Assembly: GCA_046563655.1 (NCBI GenBank)
Contig: CM102286.1
Coordinates: 9,300,001-9,364,000, forward strand
Length of the DNA: 64,000 nucleotides
Source: Yuukianura sp. NJ FZ-2021
Lineage: Eukaryota
Reading direction: 5' to 3'
Shown: one piece after another, positions 53,321 through 62,049 of the stretch
How the letters are laid out: the number at the start of each line of letters is the position of its first letter
How positions within the stretch are numbered: position 1 is the stretch's first letter
Position numbers and translations under genes: made by a program
Notes under the pieces: model-generated
Told to the model about the DNA's origin: nothing
The model's database searches: none
What the model saw: only the letters and a program-made list of their open reading frames with translations

Positions 53321-54640
53321 ATGAGTAAAAATACAGAACGCACCCGCGAATCCAAACGACTAAGAAATTTAGATCCAAGTCCTCTCGTTGAAACCCCTCC
53401 ACGCGTTCCTAAGAAGAAAAAAGTTGTCGTTAATATTCATGCACCTTTGGAGGGTACGCCTAAAACAAGAGTATCCACGGCCTCGAATTCACTAGAATTT
53501 AGGGATTATAGAATACAAGACGAATCTGACGAATCTGATCCCGACGAAGTCGAAATTAATGACCCATCTGAAAGTTCTTACGACACAACAGAAGAAACAA
53601 TAATTAACAGATCACCAACGAGCACGGCAAGTATTATCCAGCCTAGCCTATTTATACAGCTAAGAAAAGACAACGCAAATAACGAACCCATCACAATGAA
53701 CGCCAATGCGCAAGTAGTCCTGCTCCACGAAAAAATGCCGAAATACTCTCAGACACTGTTAAGTAAACAGGAACTAGAAATATTCCTAAACTTATACGAA
53801 ATTTGGTTCAAACAGAAAGCATTGACAGAACCTCAGGCCAAAATGCAACTCCAAATGGCCATTCCTTTAAAAGTAGCTCAACAGTGGTTCGCAATTAATA
53901 AAGACATGATAACTGATAACACTGTTAATTGGGAAACTTATAAAACTGCCTTCCAACGAGATTGTCCAACGGAAAATAGTGACGAAGACCTATCATTTGC
54001 AGAAATAATTTCGAAAACACAAGGAAAAAACGAAAAAGCGTCGTTGTTTATACAAAAAATCAGATATCTTTTTGGTCAGAATTGGGGAAATTACCCCGAA
54101 AGAGAAATAGTCAAGGGAATGGTTCACCAACTTAATTTAAACACACGCAGATACATCGAATGCCGAGGAGTTCCAGATACTTACGGCGATCTTATGAGGC
54201 AAATTCAACAATACGAGTCGAAAGGCGGTGCAAAGGATATTGACGAAATTACAGTTAAAACAGAAATTCCAGTGAACTACCTTGAACAAACTAGACTCGC
54301 GGAAATTGAAAACTCCCTCAAAAATATAAGCATTTTGTTAACGCCAGCTAATAGAAACCCAAGGATCCCTCACGAGCAAAGGAATTACCAGAATCAAAGG
54401 CAGGGCACCCAGTATATCCAGAGAGATGGGAAGTTTAAATTTCGGAATAATGGCCAACTGAGCCAACATGTCAACTCCCGGGAACGAGAAACCCGATCCT
54501 GCAACTACTGTGGCCGGGTCGGTCACCTGCAAGCAAGGTGTTTTTTAGCACAAAGGCACCAACAAAATCAATTCATGCGACAAGATACACGGGATCGGAA
54601 CAATTACCAATATAACAGGAGCCGGGGAAACTTCCAATAG
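53321..54640 (+). CDS. gag: Gag polyprotein (439 aa from first ATG)
   Basis: First ORF after the PBS; the track start at 53285 is TTG and the first ATG is 53321. Has a CCHC knuckle CNYCGRVGHLQARC (54500-54541), a Q/N/R-rich C-terminus and a basic PKKKKV motif near the N-terminus. Confidence 0.92.
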   Translation: MSKNTERTRESKRLRNLDPSPLVETPPRVPKKKKVVVNIHAPLEGTPKTRVSTASNSLEFRDYRIQDESDESDPDEVEINDPSESSYDTTEETIINRSPTSTASIIQPSLFIQLRKDNANNEPITMNANAQVVLLHEKMPKYSQTLLSKQELEIFLNLYEIWFKQKALTEPQAKMQLQMAIPLKVAQQWFAINKDMITDNTVNWETYKTAFQRDCPTENSDEDLSFAEIISKTQGKNEKASLFIQKIRYLFGQNWGNYPEREIVKGMVHQLNLNTRRYIECRGVPDTYGDLMRQIQQYESKGGAKDIDEITVKTEIPVNYLEQTRLAEIENSLKNISILLTPANRNPRIPHEQRNYQNQRQGTQYIQRDGKFKFRNNGQLSQHVNSRERETRSCNYCGRVGHLQARCFLAQRHQQNQFMRQDTRDRNNYQYNRSRGNFQ

Positions 54641-54662
54641 CGGATCAAGGACACCGATCCGC
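54625..54662 (+). promoter_or_regulatory. -1 programmed ribosomal frameshift signal (gag to pol)
   Basis: Slippery heptamer G GGA AAC (54625-54631) is in the gag frame, followed by an 8-nt spacer and the stem GCGGATC-9 nt-GATCCGC (54640-54662). Pol is in the -1 frame and is open from here. Confidence 0.85.
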
Positions 54663-57600
54663 GGAAAAAATTATCGTCCAAATCAATCTATCAAACACCA
54701 GCACAAAAATTGTTGAAGGAAAAATTAAAAACAAAATTGTTAACATCACAATCGATACGGGAGCAGGTAGAGGCCTGATAAGAGAGGATGCTGTAATGGA
54801 TTGCGAACGTCAACCTAACAACAAATTTAAATTACAAACACTGAATAATGAGGAAATCAGGGACACCGGCTTAGCAATCGTGCCTTTAGAGTTAGGAAAA
54901 TTAAAAATTAATCGCGAATTTATCATAGTAAAGAATTGTCCAACGGAGCTGCTTTTGGGCGATGATATATTGGAAGACTTCGGATTTGACATTTCATACA
55001 ACCAAAAATGCCTCCAATCTCCCGAGGCTGGGAGAATTCCATTTATAAACATACAAAGAAAAGAACAAATACTCTCGTTAACAGTTGTTAATAGCATAAA
55101 AATAAACAAAATTGATATCAATCCAAAACTCACGGACGAAAATAAAGGCAAACTTTACGACATTATAAGAAAAAACTCAAAATCATTCTCTTGGGACGGC
55201 GAATTGGGACGGACTAGGAAAATTCAGTTTAGTATAGAGACTGGAAACGCTGAACCAATTCGACATAGACCCTACCCAACATCAGAGAGCCAAAGAAAGC
55301 TTATACAAGAACACGTCAAAGAAATGCTCGACAAAGACATAATTGAACCGAGCGACTCCCCATGGGCAAGCCCATGCGTACTGGTCGACAAAAAACCAGA
55401 TAAAGACGGAAAAATTAAAAAACGATTTTGTGTTGACTTCAGATCATTGAATAACGTAACCAAAAAATCCTCGTATCCCTTACCCAGAATCGAAGATATA
55501 CTCACGCGGTTACGAGGAGCACGATACTTCTCATCATTGGATTTAATTTCAGGCTTCTGGCAAGTGGAAATAAAACCAGAGGATCGCGAAAAAACGGCTT
55601 TTATCACGGCGGATGGGTTATATCAGTTCAAAGTTATGCCGTTTGGACTATGTAATAGTCCACCACAATTCTCGAAACTAATGGACATCGTGCTGGCAGA
55701 ACTGAAGAACCAAACTTGTATTTGCTACATAGATGATATTATAATTTACTCGCACACAATAGAAGAACATTTACTCAAGCTTGATAAAATCCTACATCGA
55801 GTGGGTCGAGAAAACTTGTTAATACAACCAACCAAATGCCGGCTTTTGTATGAAGAAATTAGCATTCTGGGCTACACTGTCTCGGAGGGAGGAATTAAAT
55901 TAGATAACTCAATGATTCAAGGATTGAAACAACTTCCAGTACCAAGAACAAAGAAACAGCTACAAACAGTATTAGGGTTTTTTTCATATTTTCGTAAATT
56001 CATTCATAATTATGCTAAAATTATGTCTCCACTCACGAAGCTATTAACCAAAGAGGCAAAGTTCGAATGGAACGAGGAGCAACAAAATACTTTCACGAAA
56101 ATGAAAAATTTATTACTCAATGCCCCAATCCTCACTTTATTTAATCCGGAACGGGAAACAATATTAAAAACGGATGCAAGCACAATAGGATTAGGAGCTT
56201 GTTTAGTTCAAATTGTGAATGGAATCGAAAAACCAATTGCCTTCGCCAGCAAATCCATCACAAAAGCACAGAAGAACTGGACGACGACAGAACTAGAACT
56301 TTTGAGTATAATCTACGGTATTAAAAAATTCGGGACATTCCTCAAAGGCAAGGAATTCAAAATTCACACGGATCATCATGCCTTATGCTGGATTCTAAAA
56401 GCCAGGAGAGAGGAGATGCCCCCAAAACTAGTTAGAATGGTTGAGTTCCTAACATCTTATCAAATTGAAGGAATTTATCATATCGCCGGTAAAAGACACT
56501 TACCCGACTGTCTCTCGAGATTTCCAATTGAACTTCCAAAGTTAAAAAAACCCATGGATGAAGATATAGAAGAACTAGAGGATGTACCAATCTTGCTTGC
56601 AGCTCCAGTATTATTAACTGAAGCCCAGAAGCAGGATCCAGAAATAACGCAAATAAAGAAATACTTAGAATCAGGGGAAGTCTTTACGAAAAAATCCAAC
56701 TATAAAATACAGCAAGATATTCTATATTATTGGAACGCGAAATTGAGCCGCTACACAATTGTAGTTCCACGCCGCCTCATTTCCACGATTTTAGCCGAAT
56801 GTCATGACGGACCCCTATCAGCACATTTGGGCTACACAAAGACAAATTTTAGAATCCAATCACGTTATTACTGGAAAGGAATGACCTCCGACATTAAAAA
56901 ATATATTAAAACATGTGAAGATTGCCAAAAACGGAAAATACCAAGAATAAAACCGGCTGGACTCATGCAGAAGATGCATTTTGACAAAAATTTGTTCACT
57001 AAAATCCAAATTGATGTAATGGGACCCCTAAATCGAAGTACCAAAGGAAACAGATACGTGGTGACCGCCATTTGTTATGTTAGTAAATGGATGGAATCCC
57101 GAGCAATGAGAGAAGCCACAGCAGAAAACATTGCGAGCTTTATCTTAGAACAGATAATCTGTAGGCATGGGTGCCCAAAAGAAATTCAAAGCGACAGGGG
57201 CGGTATTTTCACTAGCGAAATAATGAAGCACATTTCAGCAAAACTTGGAATCAATCACAGGTTTAGCACAGCATACCACCCGGAATCACAGGGATTGGTC
57301 GAAAGGAGTCACTCCACGTTAGTAACATGCCTCGCTATATACACGCAAAAAAATCCTAAAGAATGGGACAATTTTCTACCACATATCACGTTCGCAATAA
57401 ACACGGCAATTCAAGAAACAACAAAATTCACTCCGTTCTTTTTAGTTTACGGAAGAGAGGCAATTATGCCAGTAGAAGCAGAATTGGTGGCCGAATCAGA
57501 ATTTACTTCAGTAGAAGAAATGATTAAAAATATACAAAAAGCTAGAATACTAGCAGGTGAGCGAATTGAGGAGGCACAAGAAAAATACGCGGAATACTAC

Positions 57601-58107
57601 AACAAAAACAGACGAGAAGCTTCGTTCAAACCTGGGGACAAGGTGCTGATTCGAAAATTTATGAAAAGGAAAGGAATTTCAGTCAAGTTACTCCATTACT
57701 ATTTTGGCCCATACGAAGTCATACAAAAATTATCGGACGTTAACTACATAGTTGAAGCAAGGAAAGGAAAGAAGACATTCCGGGAAACGGTTCACATAGA
57801 TAAAATGAAATCATATTTTGAACGGACCAGGGAAGACGTAAGGGTAGAAGGTCAACAATTGAAATCGGAAAACAAGGTTCACCCGGAAGAAAGAGAAGGA
57901 AAAAACCACCCATTACACGAGAACAGCAACGGCGACCTAAAGTCGAAAGAAGAAGAAGGGGACCAGAAGAAGGGAGAAATAAAAATATCATCACAGGGGG
58001 AGCTAGGGTCACCCAAAAATAACTCAACCAACATCAGTAGCGAGGTAAGGCAATTTGGGAGGTACAACCTGAGAGCCAGGGGTAAAAAAGTAAAGTATAG
58101 ATATTAG
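54628..58107 (+). CDS. pol: Pol: aspartic protease, reverse transcriptase, RNase H, integrase with GPY/F motif
   Basis: The frame is open upstream of the track ATG (54796) and includes protease IDTGA (DTG 54754-54762). RT: RFCVDFR, YPLPRI, MPFGL, YIDD (55726-55737). RNase H: TDAS, ELE, TDH. IN: HHCC (H..H..CEDC), D-D-E (IDVMGP, SDRG, VERSH), FGPYEV. No internal stops. Confidence 0.97.
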   Translation, partial: KLPIADQGHRSAEKIIVQINLSNTSTKIVEGKIKNKIVNITIDTGAGRGLIREDAVMDCERQPNNKFKLQTLNNEEIRDTGLAIVPLELGKLKINREFIIVKNCPTELLLGDDILEDFGFDISYNQKCLQSPEAGRIPFINIQRKEQILSLTVVNSIKINKIDINPKLTDENKGKLYDIIRKNSKSFSWDGELGRTRKIQFSIETGNAEPIRHRPYPTSESQRKLIQEHVKEMLDKDIIEPSDSPWASPCVLVDKKPDKDGKIKKRFCVDFRSLNNVTKKSSYPLPRIEDILTRLRGARYFSSLDLISGFWQVEIKPEDREKTAFITADGLYQFKVMPFGLCNSPPQFSKLMDIVLAELKNQTCICYIDDIIIYSHTIEEHLLKLDKILHRVGRENLLIQPTKCRLLYEEISILGYTVSEGGIKLDNSMIQGLKQLPVPRTKKQLQTVLGFFSYFRKFIHNYAKIMSPLTKLLTKEAKFEWNEEQQNTFTKMKNLLLNAPILTLFNPERETILKTDASTIGLGACLVQIVNGIEKPIAFASKSITKAQKNWTTTELELLSIIYGIKKFGTFLKGKEFKIHTDHHALCWILKARREEMPPKLVRMVEFLTSYQIEGIYHIAGKRHLPDCLSRFPIELPKLKKPMDEDIEELEDVPILLAAPVLLTEAQKQDPEITQIKKYLESGEVFTKKSNYKIQQDILYYWNAKLSRYTIVVPRRLISTILAECHDGPLSAHLGYTKTNFRIQSRYYWKGMTSDIKKYIKTCEDCQKRKIPRIKPAGLMQKMHFDKNLFTKIQIDVMGPLNRSTKGNRYVVTAICYVSKWMESRAMREATAENIASFILEQIICRHGCPKEIQSDRGGIFTSEIMKHISAKLGINHRFSTAYHPESQGLVERSHSTLVTCLAIYTQKNPKEWDNFLPHITFAINTAIQETTKFTPFFLVYGREAIMPVEAELVAESEFTSVEEMIKNIQKARILAGERIEEAQEKYAEYYNKNRREASFKPGDKVLIRKFMKRKGISVKLLHYYFGPYEVIQKLSDVNYIVEARKGKKTFRETVHIDKMKSYFERTREDVRVEGQQLKSENKVHPEEREGKNHPLHENSNGDLKSKEEEGDQKKGEIKISSQGELGSPKNNSTNISSEVRQFGRYNLRARGKKVKYRY

Positions 58108-58154
58108 GCACCAAAATTAATTAGGACGGCGGCCGCCAAAAGTTAGGTATAAAA

Positions 58155-60314
58155 ATGACAACAGGTACGAATAGGTATTCATTCAACAAAAAAGCCTTAG
58201 CCATGGCTCCAAACAAGCAGAGCAGAAAACAACAGAAGGAAAAACAGAAGAGAAATTCATTGTATTCGCATCACGAAAACACAGAAAACATAAAACCAAA
58301 CCTACTACTAAATGTAGTCATTATCCTTATTCTGGCAAAACTTCTCTTCGGACTAGCAATTGCGACAGAAATTCCGACAAGGGTTGTCAGAGGCATCTAC
58401 GAAGAAGAAATTCCAGCAGTAACCTATGAAGGCACAATACCATTAATTTACGAAGCCCAATTACCTCAACTCACATATGCCACCATAATAGATTCACGAT
58501 ATCAGAACAATCCTACAGTGCAGACATTGAAAGATGTGATTGCACAAGTTCAAAGAATATTTAATATGGAATCACTCACAGGAATTCGAAAATGGAAAAA
58601 AATTGATAATGCCCTGCGCCAAAAACGGAGCCTAGAATTTGTGGGCAACTTTGCAAGTTGGTGTTGCAACGTGGCTACAGTTAAAAACATTGACGAAATC
58701 CATACGACGGAAGACAAAATTGCCAAGTTTGTTGTAAATGTGGAAGAAAAACTACTTCACGAAAATCAGGATCTCCTCAAAGTAACCAAGATTGTTAACA
58801 CTTACTCTGACTCACTAAATATATCCATAGAAAGACTAGAGGCCCATTGGGGCAATGAATTTTCAAAATTACTCGACGTGAACGACGAATTAGAACAGGC
58901 AACGAACGGAAATAGTCAGGCAATTGTCAACCTAGCTAAGGCCTGGCACGAGTCAATAATCGCAACTATCTGGACAAAAGTATATTCTGATTGTCAACAA
59001 AATCATCTGCCTAAATTAGTGGTAGACCCGCGCACATTATCCAGGGATCTGGAGAAACTAAAAAATGTTTTAAAAACGGATAACCGGACACTCGTCATTA
59101 ACGAAGACATAATAGGAAGATACTATCACCTCCCCATCAGCACGTGTTCATTCTCTAATGAACGACTAATAATTAATTTAAAAGTCCCTATACGATCAAC
59201 TGAGTCAAACCTAAAAATTTTCGAAGTTACGCCCATACCGTTTCAACATGTACGGGATGTATGTACGCTGAAGCTCGAATCTGAAATAATTATCAAAAAC
59301 AATAAGAAATACATATACATGACGGGAAAAGATACGAAAAATTGCAACGTAAAAGTAGATGGACTATGCTTCATTCCTCGTTTCCATAAAAATTCAATTC
59401 ACACATCATCATGTCTTCAGCACCTTTTCGGTAACGAAACAACAATGGAAAATCTACAACAATACTGCCCCCTAACTTGTAAACAAATGGGACAAAAAGA
59501 CGTAATTATCACCCAACTGTCAACGAACCGATTTACTATAATCAACAATAAGGAAGAGCTAATATTAAAATGTGGCAACCAATCTCATGCAGTAATAACA
59601 CCTCAAGGTCATTCCGGCTCAGTAGAAGTAACAGTACCTTGTGGGTGTGCCCTAATTGGACCAGAAACTTTAATTTCAACAGCATATCCATGTGAGCATG
59701 GCATAAAAATGTCAGTTCATAATATAATTCCAGCAGCATGGTCAAAACTAAAAACAGCACCCTTAAACGAAAAACTTCTTTTCCACAACAAAACGGAAAT
59801 CTTCAATGAACATTGGCACCTGGAAATTCCACATATTAACATCTCGTTACCTACACTAAAGAAAAATGATGATAAAGTAAATTACTGGACGGAGGATCAC
59901 AAAATTGAATACTTCAATGGACTAAGTCGAATAACCACCCATTTGTCTTTTACATCTACGCTTTGGCTAGTCATCATCACGTTATGGCTTCTATACCTCA
60001 CGTGGAGATTGGGAATCCTAAGTCCATTGACCATGGCAATGACCTTCCCACTTGGAGCAAGAGGAGATGTGGTTGACGTAGTATTAGAGAGCATAGAAAA
60101 TTCACTTCTATTGGAAATTGTAATTATTTTGATTATAATTTTTATTACGCTTCGATCACTGAGAAATTTAATTGCTGTCGCAACAAAAATTGCAATAAGG
60201 GATTCACGTCATAATAAGGAAGTAAAATTCGATGGAGAAGCAGTGACAATCAACATAGTTGGAAGCCAAAACACGGATGAAGAAACTGAGGAAGAGGCAG
60301 AAATGAATTCCTAA
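58155..60314 (+). CDS. env: Envelope glycoprotein, class I fusion type (errantivirus env / baculovirus F-like architecture), 719 aa
   Basis: Hydrophobic signal LLLNVVIILILAKLLFGLAIA. Furin site RQKR (58617-58628) is followed by a fusion-peptide-like SLEFVGNFASWCCNVA, a heptad-like region, a Cys-rich ectodomain with N-glycosylation sequons and C-terminal TM segments. It lies directly after pol. Confidence 0.85.
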   Translation: MTTGTNRYSFNKKALAMAPNKQSRKQQKEKQKRNSLYSHHENTENIKPNLLLNVVIILILAKLLFGLAIATEIPTRVVRGIYEEEIPAVTYEGTIPLIYEAQLPQLTYATIIDSRYQNNPTVQTLKDVIAQVQRIFNMESLTGIRKWKKIDNALRQKRSLEFVGNFASWCCNVATVKNIDEIHTTEDKIAKFVVNVEEKLLHENQDLLKVTKIVNTYSDSLNISIERLEAHWGNEFSKLLDVNDELEQATNGNSQAIVNLAKAWHESIIATIWTKVYSDCQQNHLPKLVVDPRTLSRDLEKLKNVLKTDNRTLVINEDIIGRYYHLPISTCSFSNERLIINLKVPIRSTESNLKIFEVTPIPFQHVRDVCTLKLESEIIIKNNKKYIYMTGKDTKNCNVKVDGLCFIPRFHKNSIHTSSCLQHLFGNETTMENLQQYCPLTCKQMGQKDVIITQLSTNRFTIINNKEELILKCGNQSHAVITPQGHSGSVEVTVPCGCALIGPETLISTAYPCEHGIKMSVHNIIPAAWSKLKTAPLNEKLLFHNKTEIFNEHWHLEIPHINISLPTLKKNDDKVNYWTEDHKIEYFNGLSRITTHLSFTSTLWLVIITLWLLYLTWRLGILSPLTMAMTFPLGARGDVVDVVLESIENSLLLEIVIILIIIFITLRSLRNLIAVATKIAIRDSRHNKEVKFDGEAVTINIVGSQNTDEETEEEAEMNS

Positions 60315-60553
60315 AAAATATTGTCACTCTACTTTCACAACATCAAAATAAAAATTGCAACAAAATAAAATTAACAAAATTTAATCAACTCTTCCAGCTG
60401 CAAATCCCTTAAATAGACAGCCAAAAACAGCTAAGAATTCATTTACCTCTTCGCTTTCAATGGCTGAGAAAACTCACGATGTCCCAAAATTCTAACCACA
60501 CAAAAAAAATATTTCTTCAACTTAACCACGAATTAGAACAAAGCTAACGAAAA

Positions 60554-60913
60554 TTGTACGGCTTCCTGTTTTCTTTAATTATCAACGCACAAAATTTTGA
60601 TAACGAAGAAAACATCAGTCAATCTGATAATTTACAAGAACCGCTTAACTTATCCATTGCAGGCACCCCACCGCCCTCAACTTCTACGGGACATATCTCT
60701 ACGAACCCTGAGCTTGACTCATGCGTTAGGAAATGTTGTGTATGCAGCACCACTAGCAGCCGATATTGGCGAAATGTCACAAGCGGTAACCCACTTTGTA
60801 ATGCATGTTACCAATACCAGAAAAGACATGGGGTGCCAAGGCCACCTAGACTCTATAATAGCCCCATAATTCTAAGAAGAAGACGCCAGTATCCGTATTA
60901 TTTCGAAAATTAA
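60554..60913 (+). CDS. Accessory ORF A: GATA-type zinc finger protein with PLNLS motif (start uncertain; possibly spliced or disrupted)
   Basis: CCVC-STTSSRYWRNVTSGNPL-CNAC-YQYQKRHGVPRP fits C-x2-C-x17-C-x2-C with the conserved WR, LCNAC and G-x-x-RP (60734-60808). PLNLS is at 60641-60655 and there is a basic RRRR tail. The open frame has no ATG; an in-frame ATG at 60479 is separated from it by a single TAA at 60545-60547. Confidence 0.75.
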   Translation: MYGFLFSLIINAQNFDNEENISQSDNLQEPLNLSIAGTPPPSTSTGHISTNPELDSCVRKCCVCSTTSSRYWRNVTSGNPLCNACYQYQKRHGVPRPPRLYNSPIILRRRRQYPYYFEN

Positions 60914-61019
60914 ACTCTAAGTTAATAACTTACCATCATTCGGTGTCAGAAATCAGCACTCTGCACAATTTTTTTACTTTCACTTTCGAAATTATTTTTT
61001 TCCAAAGTACACTCACGAA

Positions 61020-61658
61020 ATGTCTTACTCGCGTCCACAGACGGAACAACAGGCGGGAGCAGACCAGTTCACCAGGGAATACTGGGATATTTACAAAACA
61101 ATTGAAACAGGACAACGAAACCTGTTTCGCAAAATTCTTTTCCATATTCATCCACAAGCAAGAAGAACTCCCGGACAATTCCACAATTACAACCCTCATT
61201 ACAATCGCACAGCAAATACAGTTCATTCACGACCCACCGAAATAATTCGACCACCTCACGAATGCACAACAAACATTTCCGAACAGTACTATCCACAACC
61301 GTCAAGTCAAAACCCAACCGCAAGGGATTATAAGAAAATTGAAAGTCCCAGACATAACCAGCAAGGCTGGCCAGCGGAAGCTGCTTCATCTTCATCACGA
61401 GAGATAATCATCCCACCCACCAAAGACGGAGAGAGTAAATCACCCTTTAAAAGACAAGCGGAAGAACGAGTGAGTACGGAAGACTCAAAAAAGGGGGCAA
61501 TGTTGGAGGAGATATTCGGAAAGGCATTAAAAAAGAAGAAGAAGAAGAAAAAGAAAACAAAGCACCCACGATTGTCACCAGCCGAAGTTAAACTCTCCGA
61601 GTCAGATAGTGAATCATCATCCTCTTCGTCTTCTTCTTCTTCGGAGAAATCAGCATAA
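61020..61658 (+). CDS. Accessory ORF B: 212-aa protein of unknown function with poly-Lys NLS-like tract and Ser/acidic tail
   Basis: ATG-initiated 639-bp ORF in AT-rich sequence, in the element's sense. The N-terminal segment (FTREYWDIYKTIETGQRNLFRKILFHI) looks ordered; the C-terminus has KKKKKKKKTK and SESDSESSSSSSSSSSEKSA. Preceded by a pyrimidine tract plus AG at 61006-61007. Confidence 0.6.
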   Translation: MSYSRPQTEQQAGADQFTREYWDIYKTIETGQRNLFRKILFHIHPQARRTPGQFHNYNPHYNRTANTVHSRPTEIIRPPHECTTNISEQYYPQPSSQNPTARDYKKIESPRHNQQGWPAEAASSSSREIIIPPTKDGESKSPFKRQAEERVSTEDSKKGAMLEEIFGKALKKKKKKKKKTKHPRLSPAEVKLSESDSESSSSSSSSSSEKSA

Positions 61659-62015
61659 AAGGAATTTTTTTTTCGGATTCACGCAAGTTTTACATTAAGC
61701 TTAAGTTTTCAGTTTCCTTTCATTTCATTTTTTTTAAAAATATTACCATTTAACAGTCGTAAACATAGGATAGTGAAATTTAAACTTTTGTCTATAGTCT
61801 ATCATTCAACTTTTACTTCTCATTTCTCAATCTTTTAGAATAGCATTTTCAACTAGCGTTTAGCTCCTTCACTTCTACCTCTATGAAATAACAGAAAACA
61901 GTTAGTAAGCAAAACCCAGAAAAAGCAAAACAAAAGTAACAACAAAAACAAAATAGAAAATTTTTTTGTTCACTCTGTAAACTTTCTTAGTACATTGTAA
62001 ATTTTAGATAAACTT

Positions 62016-62049
62016 ATGATCGGGACGATCATTAGCTTTTAGGTAGGTG
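62016..62049 (+). promoter_or_regulatory. Pre-PPT hairpin and atypical short polypurine tract
   Basis: ATGATCG-GGA-CGATCAT stem-loop (62016-62032), then TTTT-AGGTAGGTG directly before the 3' LTR. Confidence 0.5.

Noticed and set aside
57850..58107. Chromodomain at the integrase C-terminus (suggested by the iMet PBS)
   Set aside because: The tail is low-complexity and charged, with no aromatic-cage or Y-x-V-K-W pattern.
54338..60094. Minus-strand ORFs inside gag, pol and env
   Set aside because: Short antisense shadows of long coding frames with no motifs; an antisense gene cannot be supported from sequence alone.
60597..61398. Alternative-frame ORFs 60597-60869, 60943-61245 and antisense 60936-61226, 61069-61398
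   Set aside because: They overlap better-supported ORFs A and B, the two sense ones have non-ATG starts, and none shows a motif. 60943-61245 could be a spliced exon but there is no positive evidence.
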